A DNA stretch of 53,531 bases from Octopus sinensis (GCF_006345805.1 NW_021833867.1:1-53531), one strand, 5' to 3'; positions 1 through 11,302 are shown, counted from the first letter of the stretch. Notes: a model not told the origin generated them from the letters alone. Numbers and translations: made by a program.

Positions 1-98
1 CTTTCGCTGTCGATAAATTAAGTACCCGTTGCGTACTGGGGTAGATCTAATCAACTGGCTCCCCTCCTCAAAAATTTTGACCTTGTGCCTAAAGTAGC

Positions 99-293
99 AA
101 GGCGGCGAGCTGGCTGAAACGTTAGCACGCAGTGCGGAATGCTTAGCGGTATTTCGTCTGCCGTTACGTTCTGAGTTCAAATTCCGCGAAGGCCGACTTT
201 GCCTTTCATCGTTTCGGGGTCGATTAAATAAGTACCAGTTACGAACTGGCTCTCTCCCCCAAAGTTTCGGGCCTTGTGCCTAGAGTAGAAAAG
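99..293 (+). mobile_element. SINE-A (tRNA-derived), complete copy; preceded by a 3' part of another copy (1-98)
   Basis: Head aaggcggcgagctgg...; B box gagttcaaattcc; body gtcgactttgcctttcatc...taagtaccagtt; tail ggccttgtgcctagagtagaaaag. More than 25 homologous copies occur in the window. Confidence 0.85.
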
Positions 294-330
294 AAAATTC
301 TAAGGCAGCGAGTTGGCAGAAACGTTAACT

Positions 331-379
<49 letters not shown>

Positions 380-547
380 AGCAACATTGTATATATGTAT
401 ATATATGTATATATATATGTATATATGTATGTGTGTATATGTTTGTGTGTCTGTGTTTGTCCCCCAGCATCGCTTGACAACCGATGCTGGTGTGTTTACG
501 TTCCTGTAACCTAGCGGTTCGGCAAAAGAGACCGATAGCGTGTATAT

Positions 548-688
548 ATTCTTTTCGACTCTAGGCACAAGGCCCGACATTTTTAGATTTTTAGATCTAC
601 CCTAGCACGCAACTGGTACTTAATTTATCAACCCCGAAAGGATGAAAGGCAAAGTTGACCTCGGCAGAATTTGATCTCAGAACGTCGC
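548..688 (-). mobile_element. SINE-A, 5'-truncated
   Basis: Reverse complement of the SINE-A body and tail. Confidence 0.8.
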
Positions 689-804
689 TGACTTCCTCGG
701 TAGAATGTACCCAGTATCAACCACATGTTATGCCACAATCCGACGCTGCTGATGTAGGAAAACAATGATTAAAATCAGTTGTGTTTTAATTAGCTGCCCA
801 TCAA

Positions 805-968
805 TACATACATACATACATACACACACGCATACATACATACATACATACATACATACATACATACATACATACATACATACATACATACACACATACA
901 TACATGCATACATACATACATACATACATACATACATACATACATACATACATACATACATACATACG
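805..968. repeat. (TACA)n microsatellite
   Basis: Directly visible. Confidence 0.97.
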
Positions 969-1289
969 CACAGTTATTTGCATATGTTCTTGGCTAACTC
1001 CGAGCATACACAGTCATACACAAATGATTGTCTTGAATTATTTATCATACGACAAGCAAACATGTTTTGCTGTAAATACAAGAATCTCTGATTCAAAGTC
1101 GATGTGTTATTATCGTTATTGTATCTGTTTATAAACGATGTATTTTGTTTCTCTCTCATTGTCTGACTATTGTTTCGGTATTTTCCGTTTTATTGACTCA
1201 ACCAATTAAGTTCCCGCTTCCGTCTACAGCTTAAAATATCAATTGTTCTCGCATCCGCCGCCTCCAAAAGCAGCTGCTGATATTGTTAC

Positions 1290-1557
1290 TAATACTGATT
1301 TAAAGTTTTGGCATAAGGCCAGCAAGTTCGGGGTATGGGATAAGTCGATTCATCGCTCCTCAGTGAACAACTGGTACTTTTTTTTTTTATCGACCCGGAG
1401 GGATGAAAGACACAAATCGACCTCGGTGAACTTTGAACTCAGAATATGAAGACGGACGAAATGCCGCTAAGCAATTTTTATCGGCGTGTTAACGATTCTG
1501 CCAGCTCGCTGCCTTATATTACTACAAATCCTACAATTGCTTCAGCTGCTGCTGCTG

Positions 1558-1594
<37 letters not shown>

Positions 1595-1725
1595 AAACAA
1601 AGATTGTAATAAAGGTTTCAAATTTTGGCGCAAGGACAGCAATTTCAGTGGAGGGGATAAGCATATTACATGGACTCCAGTGTACAACTGGTATGTATTT
1701 TATCGACCCCGAAAGGATGAAAGGT
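1290..1725 (-). mobile_element. Two SINE-A copies (about 1290-1515 and 1600-1725) separated by (CTA)n
   Basis: Both contain aactggtac...atcgaccc...ggatgaaag. Confidence 0.75.
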
Positions 1726-2119
1726 AAAACATAAACAAGCCAACATCTATTGTCAACACTGGTGGACAAACACAGACACAAAGACATTCAAACACCCACA
1801 CATACACAGGTGCGCGCATATATATGAATATGACGAGTTTCTTTCAGTTTCCATCAGTTTATCCATCCACAAGGCTTAGGTCGGCCCGTGGCTATAGTAG
1901 AAGATACTTACCCAAGGTGAGACACATAGCAACTGAACACGGGGCTATCTAGTTAGGAAGCATACAGCCACGCCTGTACTTACAGGAAAAAAACTCGCAG
2001 AAACATAACATCACCGCAGATCCCGAAGGCTTAGTCAGATTGAAACAAATTAAAAAGTAAAAGTAATTGGAACTTATAATACAGTGGACCCTTGTCGTTC
2101 GTGTAAGAGATGGCCCCCT

Positions 2120-2699
2120 AAAGGCGGTGGGCTGGTAGAATCGTTAGTAAGCCAGAGGAAATGCTTAGCGGTATTTCGTCTGTCTTTACATTCTTAGTTC
2201 AAATTCCGACGAGGTCGACTTTGCCTTTCATCCTTTCGGGGTCGATTAAATAAGTCCCAGTTACGCACTGGGGTCGATATAATCGACTTAATCCGTTTGT
2301 CTGTCCTTGTTTGTCCTCTCTATGTTTAGCCCCTTGTGGGTAGTAAAGGAATAGGTATTTCGTCTGTCTTTATGTTCTGAGTTCAAATTCCGCCGAGGTC
2401 GACTTTGACTTTTATCTTTTTGGGGTCGATTAAGTAAGTCCCAGTTACGCACTGGGGTCGATATAATCGACTTATCTGTTTGTCTATCCTTGTTTGTCCT
2501 TTCTGTGTTGAGCCCCTTGTGGGTAGTAAAGATATAGGTATTTCGCCTGTCTTTACATTCTTAGTTCAAATTCCGCCGAGGTCGACTTTGACATTTATCT
2601 TTTTGGGGTCGATAAATTAAGTACCAGTTGCGTCCTGGGGTCGATCTAATCGGCTGGCCCCCTAGAGTAGAAAAGAGATGCCTTATGCCTAGAGTAGAA
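2120..2699 (+). mobile_element. SINE-A trimer (head plus three 183-184-bp units) bounded by a 15-bp TSD
   Basis: Units start at ggtatttcg at 2170, 2354 and 2537. The TSD aagagatggccccct is at 2105-2119 and 2700-2714. Confidence 0.9.
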
Positions 2700-2849
2700 A
2701 AGAGATGGCCCCCTTATTGAAAGAAATGTAATGAAATTTCTTGCTGAGTGTGGGCTTCCCATTTCAGTGTTCTCGTTTGCATGAAATACATACTTCTTAC
2801 ATATTTTGATAGAAAAAAATCAATTGTTTAATCCTATCAGTTCGATTGT

Positions 2850-3310
2850 TGGAATCCCGAGGTTTCGTGTTCGATCCCACAGCGGCGCACCTTTGGCAAG
2901 TGTCATCAATCATAGCTCAGTGACGACCTACATATTGTGAATGGGTTGCGTTGGCAAGACTAGAAGTCCTCCATGTGTGTGTATGTGGGTTTGTTTATGT
3001 GTGTGTGCGTATGTGTGTTTGCACGTTCGCGCGCACGCGTGTTTATGCATGTATATACGTTTGCGTGTACGTGTATCTGTTTGCATTGACATCTGGTTGT
3101 AAACTAGTGTCACTGTCATGCAAGTGGTATCGTTCGCTTCCAGCACTTAGCCATCTGAGAAATTTTAACTTTGCTGGGAAGCAAGTGAGGGTTGGCGACA
3201 GAAAGAGCATCCGGCTGTAGAAATTATGCCTTAACGAATTCCGTCTGTCCGATGCAACCTTGGCAAATGTCCGATGCAACCATGGTAATGGTGATGATGG
3301 TGATGTTAAA
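2850..3310 (+). mobile_element. Diverged SINE-B-like head carrying an RTE-type 3' tail
   Basis: Head gttcgatcccacagcggcgcacctttggcaagtg; tail gtgagggttggcgacagaaagagcatccggctgtagaa resembles RTE/Expander 3' UTRs (recalled from family knowledge, not aligned); ends in gatgatg. Confidence 0.55.
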
Positions 3311-3659
3311 TACGTCATATATGTATATAATGAAGATTCCGCTGAATCAGGTACTTAAACTGAAGCCCCTTGCTAGAAACAGTTTAAATAATTTCAGTTC
3401 CATTATTGAAATAAATATGTTAAGGAAATGGTTGTATCCTTTATGTTTGAAGTCTATGCGGTCATATGGTGAGAACTGTTTCTTTCAATGTTTACATTAA
3501 TTAAATAGAAGAGTCGCTTGAAACGGCCGTAGCGAATTGACACCTGTACCTCTTTGTTACTCTTATATATATATATATGTGTGTGTGTGTGTATGTGTGT
3601 GTGTGTGTATGTGTGTGTGTGTGTGTATGTGTGTGTATGTGTGTGTGTGTGTGTTTGTG

Positions 3660-3832
3660 TATAAATTAGAGAAGAACCATGTAGCAATTCAACAATGATA
3701 TAATTAAATCATGATATATAGAAAAAAATTAAATATACGATATTTTAATCGTATCTTTAATTTTTTTCTTTATGGTATGATTTAATTATACCATTGTTGA
3801 ATTGCTACATGGTGGTTCTTCTCTAATTTATA
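3660..3832. repeat. Long inverted repeat (foldback), arms of about 80 bp
   Basis: ataaattagagaagaaccatgtagcaattcaacaatg... pairs with ...cattgttgaattgctacatggtggttcttctctaatttat; the centre is near 3744. Confidence 0.9.
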
Positions 3833-3914
3833 TACATGTATTATATATTGTGAAATTTGATTTAGTATTACTAAATTGAATTTTTCTCTGTAAGTTTAGA
3901 ATCATATTCCCTAA

Positions 3915-3978
<64 letters not shown>

Positions 3979-3985
3979 TTATATT

Positions 3986-4017
<32 letters not shown>

Positions 4018-4018
<1 letters not shown>

Positions 4019-4410
4019 CTAGCAGTATCGCCCGGCGTTGCTCGGGTTGTAAGGGAATAACTATATAAGCATTTTTAGAGAGTTATAGCCCAAAAATAGC
4101 AAAAAATGCATTAAAAATTGAAAAAAATTAAGGTAATTTTTTTTTTTAATCGTTGACACATCGTAGATATTTTTAGAGAGTTACTTCCCTTATATAAAAG
4201 CGAAAAAATGCATTAAAATGGAAAAATATGATGGTAATTTTTTTTAAAATCGTAGACTCATCGTAGACGCGCGCTAATACCCAGAAGGGCTCGATATGAA
4301 TCACGACTATAAGATACCCGCTTTTGGTTAAACTGCACCGCAAAATGTGGGAGTAGTTACGAATCTAAATCGTAGGAGACAGACACACAACTTCACTCTT
4401 ATATAAAGAT
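4018..4410 (+). mobile_element. Non-autonomous Helitron/Helentron-like element, copy 1
   Basis: 5' end ACTAGCAGTATCGCCCGGCGTTGCTCGGG has a subterminal inverted repeat (cccg...cggg). There is an internal tandem duplication, the 3' end is ...cttcactcttatataaagat, and no TSD is seen. A near-identical copy is at 49730. Confidence 0.75.
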
Positions 4411-4419
4411 GCTTTTTTT

Positions 4420-4740
4420 TTTCAGTCAATAGATTTAGATTTATGAGGTCTTCAGTAGAAAATCCTTCGAATTCTGACTCGCTGCTTGATATAATGAAAT
4501 TCGTATCCATTTTTTGTCAGAATTACAAATTTTGAAAACACAATAGGAACAAATTTCGGAAAAAAATCTCCCATAATTCACGGAATTAAAATTACACTTC
4601 GATTTTTGTACAAAACTGTATTTGAAGTGTTTACGAAGTATAATACGTGTTTTCACGACGAATGTACTAAAGAGATTTACTCTGATATTCTCATTTAAAT
4701 ATGAATAGGTAAATTCGGGCGGTTTGGTAACGAAAGGGTT
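4420..4740 (-). mobile_element. piggyBac-like element end fragment
   Basis: Minus strand starts AACCCTTTCGTTACC (CCC terminus; TTAA target degraded) and encodes an acidic MDTNFIISSSESEFEGFSTEDL stretch, as in piggyBac-type N-termini. Confidence 0.4.
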
Positions 4741-5029
4741 TATATAAGTGTCGTCTGTTTATACATAAACACTGTTTCATACTTTCAGTTTAGTCTTCCT
4801 CAAATCACTCTGTTGCTATTTACTCTCTTCCAAGAACATTTTCACTCACTCTTATCTGTTAGCTTGCCATACATTTTACTCATGTATCTATCAGCGTGAT
4901 AGACAGAAACAAATATTACATCTAGTTTCACTTTATTCGTTGCACACGTGTGTGTGCGTTTGCGTGTGCTGTAAACCAGACTAAGAAAAGCATTTGACAT
5001 ACACACCAGAATGTGAGTTTTCTGTAAAT

Positions 5030-5188
5030 TTTGCTTAATTGGAGTTTAATTTAAAAACTGGACCTGGCATAACCCGATGCATTCTACTCTTAAAAATGCT
5101 AGGTAAATTGTAATTGAAGAAATCCTATATTGTAGATTTCTATAAGTTACAAAGGGAGGCAGATAAAATCTGCCTTTTATAATAAGAT
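5030..5188 (+). mobile_element. 3' end of a second Helitron-like non-autonomous family
   Basis: Hairpin ggcagat-aaa-atctgcc (5158-5174) about 14 nt before a ...ataataagat terminus. Confidence 0.35.
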
Positions 5189-5315
5189 ATATATATATGC
5201 CTTCTAATTATGCTATTGGCTTCTTTTGCCGAACGGCTAAGTTACTGGGACATAATAACACACACAAACATACACACATATACCTGTGTCTGCATATATA
5301 CTTACTCTCTCTCGA

Positions 5316-5546
5316 AGGCGGCGTGCTGGCAGAAACGTTAGCGCGCCAGGCGAAATGTTTAGCGGTATTTCGTCTGTCGTTACGTTCTGACTTCAAATTC
5401 CGCCGGGGTCGACTTTACCTTTCATCCTTTCGGGGTCGATAAATAAAGTACCAGTTACGCACTGGTGTCGATGTAATCGACTTAATCCCTTTGTCTGTCC
5501 TTGTTTGTCCCCTCTATGTTTAGCCCCTTGTGGGCAGTAAAGAAAT
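5316..5546 (+). mobile_element. SINE-A, complete copy with the long tail (ttaatccc...ttagccccttgtggg...aagaaat)
   Basis: Full head, body and tail match other copies. Confidence 0.85.
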
Positions 5547-6247
5547 ATATTCTCTTTCTCACTCACTCACTCTCTCACCGTCTCTCTTTTATTCACAGCG
5601 TACCATAATATAAAACTATATCATTCAATATGGCTTTTCATTCTTAAAAGCTCTACAAGCATAAAGTGAAGCATATTTCGCTACTATTTCCAGCAGAACC
5701 ACAAACCACTCAGTCATAACCCTCATTAGATTTAAAACAAATCCGTTAATTTCTGTTTACTTTCCGTTCATTTCTTTATCGGTTTGTTTATTTATTTATT
5801 TATTTACTCACATAATTCACAAATTTGTCAGAGAGGGAACAGTCGATTAAACAGGATCCAGTAAATAATTCTTTTTTGTATTTCCGGCAACGGCAGAAAG
5901 TTGAATGCGAGAAGATTTAATTGGAGCGTGACAGCATTAAACGGAACTAAACACAGAAGACTCTTTTTTTCACTTTTTCTGGGTTTTTTCTTTTTGTTTT
6001 GTTTTTTTACGATTCTTTCGCCCTTTTTTTTTCATTTTCCTTTATTTTTGTCTTTGTTTGTCGCTATCTCACTCTACACTTAACCCTTATTATTTACACA
6101 GTTATATATTCATTCACAAAGCCGCAAACGTTGTGAGAGGAATTGCCGATTAAATAAACACCAGAATTGATTTTCATCAGTCCCCAAAGGGATGAAACAT
6201 AAAACTATTTCAGCTGGATATGAACTCAGAATGGTAACAAAATAATA

Positions 6248-6304
<57 letters not shown>

Positions 6305-6379
6305 TAAAAATAAAAATAAAAATAAAAATAATATTAATAATAATAATAAAATAATAATAAAATAAATAAATATTATAAA

Positions 6380-6530
6380 ATATATTTTCTACTCTAGGCA
6401 CAAGGCCCGAAATTTTGAGGGAAGGGGGCCAGTCGATTAGATCGACTCCAGTACACAACTGGTACTTAATTTATCGACCCCCGAAAGGATGAAAGGCACA
6501 GTCGACTTCGGTGGAATTTGAAAACGAAAT
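6380..6530 (-). mobile_element. SINE-A, short-tail type, ending in an (AAT)n/(AAAAAT)n tract
   Basis: Body and tail match. Confidence 0.8.
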
Positions 6531-6554
6531 ATCATCTCAATGTATCTTTTGTTT

Positions 6555-7072
6555 TTTACTTGTTTGAGTCATTAGACTGTGGCCATGCTGGGGCACCGTC
6601 TTCAAGAACTTTTAGTCGAATAAACTAGACCCAGTATTCATTCCATTTTTTTCTCAAAAACTAGTACTTATTCTATCGGCTTTGTTTGCCGAACCGGTAG
6701 GTTAAGGGATGTAAACACACCAACACCGATGGTGATGGGGGACATACATAGACACAAAGGTACACGCACACACACACACACACACACATATGTGTGTATA
6801 TATATATATATAATATATATATATACGAAATTTAGAGGACTGACCACTAAAGTGGACAGCCTCTATGCTAAACATAGACGTCAAATCGCCATTACCACTA
6901 AGATTGTGTTCTCAAGATTTTGAATGTAACACAATTTTTAATCTTCGGATTTTTCAAAAGATATGCTAAGCCACTGGTTTTAATTGATTAATATCAATTT
7001 CTACCCTTATTATTTAATTTATATATACACCAACACACAACACACACACAACACACACACACACACACACAC

Positions 7073-7127
<55 letters not shown>

Positions 7128-7310
7128 ACATATATATGTATATATATATATATATATATATGGGTTTCTTTCAGATTCCATCTACCAAATCCACTCTCAT
7201 GGCTTTGGCTGGTCCTCGGCTATTGCAGAAGATACTTGCCCAAGGTGCCACGCAGTGGGACTGAACCCAGAGTCATGTGGTTGGGAAGCAAGTATCTTAA
7301 CATTTAGTCA
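6555..7310 (-). mobile_element. SINE-B split at its internal microsatellite (3' half 6555-6770, 5' half 7140-7310) by an intervening element
   Basis: The halves are collinear on the minus strand, with non-SINE sequence at 6826-7015 between (TA)n/(CA)n tracts. Confidence 0.65.
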
Positions 7311-8355
7311 CCTTACAGCATGTAGATCGTTTTTGTTGTTGTTGTTGCAATTTCAGCTTAATCCTGCTTCTACCCACAACGAGAAGAACTGTGACAGATA
7401 ACGTTCCAACAATGACTATCTCATCAAATTTTAAGTATGTCACCCAGGATTATCGTAGAGAGGATGTCTGTTTTTTTTTTGTTTTTCTTTTTATTAAAGG
7501 CAGGAGAAAAAGAGCAGGGAAGCATGAGAAGAGGAGGATCCTTCTTGTTCTAACAAACCAAGCGTCCACGTAGAAGCTTCTTGAGTCACATAAAAGGGAC
7601 TGCGGCCATGCTGGAGTACCTCTTTGAAGGATTTTAGTCGAACAAATCGACATCCAGGACTTATTTTCTTTAAAGCCTGGGACTTATTCTACCAGTCACT
7701 TTTGCTGAACCGCTAAGTGACTGAAACAAGTAAAAGAATAAAAGAATATAAGAATATGTATAATTAATAACAACAAACAACAACAACAATAATAATAATA
7801 ATAATAATAATAAATAATAAATAATAATAATGATAATAATAATATATATATATATAGTTTAACCCTAGTTAGTTCGTATATATATATATAATTAATAATA
7901 ATTATTATGATATATATATATATATATATATGCATATATGGGTACAGGATGTCACCAACGGTGCAAACAACATGAAATACGTAAACAACGAGAGAGAAAA
8001 AATGGGAAACAGGACAGAGAAATGACCCTTCATCAGTTGTTGGCTGTCTATCTACTCTGCGCGTGTCTATGTATGTATAGATGTTATATATGTACGCATC
8101 AATGTCCATCTACGTGTGTGTGTATGTTTATAAATGTATGTATGGGTTCTGTCAAATGATTTTTTTTTGTTTTTCGTTTCTTTTACTTTTCTAAGCCAGA
8201 GGCATATCGTAAGTCTACCGCGAATTGTAAATATTTATCCTCAATGATTAATCATACGCAATGTGTGAGCGAGTGTGCTTGCTTACGGGTATACGCGTGT
8301 TTGTGCGTTTCTGTGTATGCATATGTGTTTGTGTGTGTGCGTTTCTGTGTATGTA

Positions 8356-8396
<41 letters not shown>

Positions 8397-8734
8397 TTCG
8401 GCGATGACATGGACAACGACGTTGCGATGTATTGTCAGGTGTTACAGTCAGCCAGAAGCAGCGTCGCGAGCTTTACACTACAGATGCCTCTATGCTAAAA
8501 TGTTTAAAATTGTGTAAAGACAATTTCTACTGCTGTAGTAATCAATATAGAAGCGTATCACATAAGTGAGGCAATTTCGGTGCAACGAAATAACATAAAT
8601 CGAGATATGGTATGATGTGAAATAATATAATATAATCAAATATGATATAATTGTATTATAATGTAATGCAATATAATATAATGTATTATATTATAATGTT
8701 ACGGTTTAAGCTTAATAAATTTATCCAAGTTAAT

Positions 8735-8771
<37 letters not shown>

Positions 8772-8921
8772 TAGATAGATAGATAGATAGATGGATATAT
8801 AGATATAAATTGTTATATATATATACATATAGATAGATAGATATAATTGTTATATATATATATATATATATACATATATATTATATATATAACATATATA
8901 TACATACATATATATATATAG

Positions 8922-8954
<33 letters not shown>

Positions 8955-9974
8955 GTGGTGTGTGTGTGTGTAAGAGAAATTGTGAGAGGGTATATTGATT
9001 GCTTAACAATCAATATACGAATGTTAAAGGTATATATTGAGAAGGAATTATGCTACTTTTCTTTCGATAGGATCAGACCGCCCTATCCCCACCTCTCTCT
9101 CTCTCTTTCTCTTCCTCTATATTTTTCTCCCGCTCCCTCTCCCAGTGTCTTCGTTTTTTTACACGATTGTTTTAGCTTGATCTTATATTAACCGTTAAAA
9201 CATTTTGCAAAGAGAAAAAAATAACCGTCTGCCCTCGCAGCAAAAATAGAAATTTAAGTATTTACTTGATAGTTTTCTCTTCTTTTTTTTTTTCTTTGTT
9301 CAGATGAAGTTATCTTACATTTATGCCTCTCTATCGCCTGCGTTCAAATCAAGTCAGCAGTCAACTTAGCATTTCATCTCCCGCCGGTGATAGAACAAAA
9401 TGTCAGAAGTAAGCACTGGGGCCGTTGATATCAAATAACCCCGCCATTCACCTTTATAATTCTTGGACCGGGCCTAAATCCGAGACCATTTACAAGGCAG
9501 CCGCTAAGCGGAACCATTTCAACAACAGAAAATGTACGTTGCGGTGTTTTGTTACGGATCTATACGTTCTCAGTTCAAATACCACTGAGCTTAAATTGCT
9601 TCTTCAGTGAAGTGTAGTAACCAAATAATTGACTACAAATCTTTCCTATATAAAATTGCTTGGTGCCTAGTCTGGGGAGCCTTAATAGATTTATTTTTCA
9701 AGGGTTTTCTTCACGGTAGCTAACCGAGGGCAAAATAATAACCACAACAACCACAAAAAACCACTATGCCAATCACTGGAACACGAGTAGGTACAAATAG
9801 CTGACATGTGTGTCTGCTTCCCAGCTACATGTTTCTGAGATCTAGTCCCAATGCATTGGACCTTGGACAAGTGTCTTCAGGTATAACCTCAGACCGACCA
9901 AAGCCTTGTGAGTGGTTTTGGTATGCTGAAACAGAAAGAAGCTCGTCAAGTATATGGACATGTGTGGAGCCGTC

Positions 9975-10889
9975 GTGTCGGTGGGTGATCTGGTTGGTTT
10001 TTCGTTGGTGACTGGTTTGGTGGGTGGAAGGGAACCCGCTGCTTCTGTTTCCGATAGGCACTCGGCTTTAATGTGGTTTTTTTGGCCATATTTGTGGAAG
10101 CGTGGACGCGCTCTTCCACCATAACGCACAATTTGGTGTCGACTGATGCGTGTATTAAATCCAGCGGTTCATCGTGGTCCTTTGACTGGCCTGGATTGAA
10201 ATGTCCATGACTTGGCCCTCACCAGTTTCGCTGGTGTAGCTTTGTGATCTGCAGGAGGGCTATTTTATTCTGCAGGCCTGGAAGAACGGGTGCCACCAGC
10301 CACAACCCGTCGATTTCTGGTGGAACTTCTATTTTTATTCTCGAAGTTTGTTTTCCAAGATATCTCGGCATTAGCACTAGCACCGCCAACTTAAGAGGGA
10401 CTGTGGAGTGTATTTTTGCCTCCTCCTCTGAAGCGAATCTAACTTTCATGCACCCATATTCTTTTCCTCTTACTACGTAGGTCGTCTCGTACTATATCAC
10501 CCGTAGGTATTTCTCTTTTTTCCATAGAGAATAGTTCGGTTGTTTTGTTGTTTTTTTTTCATTTTAATGACAGGGTTTTACATATAATGGTCTTCCTCTG
10601 AGTTATGGGTACAATTTCTCCCGGGGGTTGAGGTAGGTTTTACGCTATTTCCGTTCTTTTTCGATTTCTCTATTTCCATTATGTTGACGTTTAAAAGCTT
10701 TTGGTTTACAGTAGTTGTTTTCATTTTGGTGGTCGGGCTTGTAGTCGTGTCAATTGTTGTCTTAGAGTTGTTTTCCTCATCCAGCACACTACTGAGAAGG
10801 GAGGAGGAGATTTCTTCATACAATTCGTTCAACAGCTCAGTACTATTGTCCAAACTGGTGGCGTCGCCTTTTTTGGCGTGAGCCTCCAT
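9975..10889 (-). pseudogene. Degenerate gag-like ORF1 of a second LINE (L1/Tx1- or I-like; clade uncertain)
   Basis: Successive minus-strand fragments MEAHAKKGDATSLDNSTELLNELYEE..., MKVRFASEEEAK...RIKIEVPPEIDGLWLVAPVL and RFHKYGQKNHIKAEC (a CX2CX4HX4C knuckle with C>F and C>Y) are joined by stops and frameshifts. Confidence 0.65.
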
Positions 10890-10922
10890 ATTTGAAATTA
10901 TCAACGAAACATTTATATATAT

Positions 10923-11302
10923 GGAGTGGCTGTGTGGTAAGTAGCTTGCTAACCAACTACATGGTTCCGGGTTCAGTCCCACTGCGTGGCATCTTGGGCA
11001 AGTGTCTTCTGCTATATCCCCGGGCCGACCAATGCCTTGTGAGTGGATTTGGTAGACGGAAACTGAAAGAAGCCTGTCGTATATATATGTGCGTGTGTGT
11101 GTGTGTTTGTATGTCCGTGTTTGTCCCCTTAGCATGCTGGTGTGTTTACGTCCCCGTTACTTAGCGGTTCGGCAAAAGAGACCGATAGAATAAGTACTGG
11201 GCTTACAACGAATAAGTCCCGGGGTCGATTTGCTCGACTAAAGGCGGTGCTCCAGCATGGCCGCAGTCAAATGACTGAAACAAGTAACAGAGTAAAAGAG
11301 TA
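10923..11302 (+). mobile_element. SINE-B (tRNA head, CORE-like segment, internal microsatellite, CR1-like tail), complete
   Basis: A box tggctgtgtgg; B box ggttcagtccc; gtggcatcttgggcaagtg resembles the MIR/CORE motif; tail ggcggtgctccagcatggccgcagtcaaatgactgaaacaag. Confidence 0.85.

Noticed and set aside
99-293. tRNA genes suggested by A/B boxes in SINE heads
   Set aside because: No complete cloverleaf or acceptor stem; the heads continue into SINE bodies present in many copies.
2170-2700. CRISPR-like regularly spaced repeats
   Set aside because: The units are full-length 184-bp duplicates with no unique spacers, the context is eukaryotic, and there are no cas genes.
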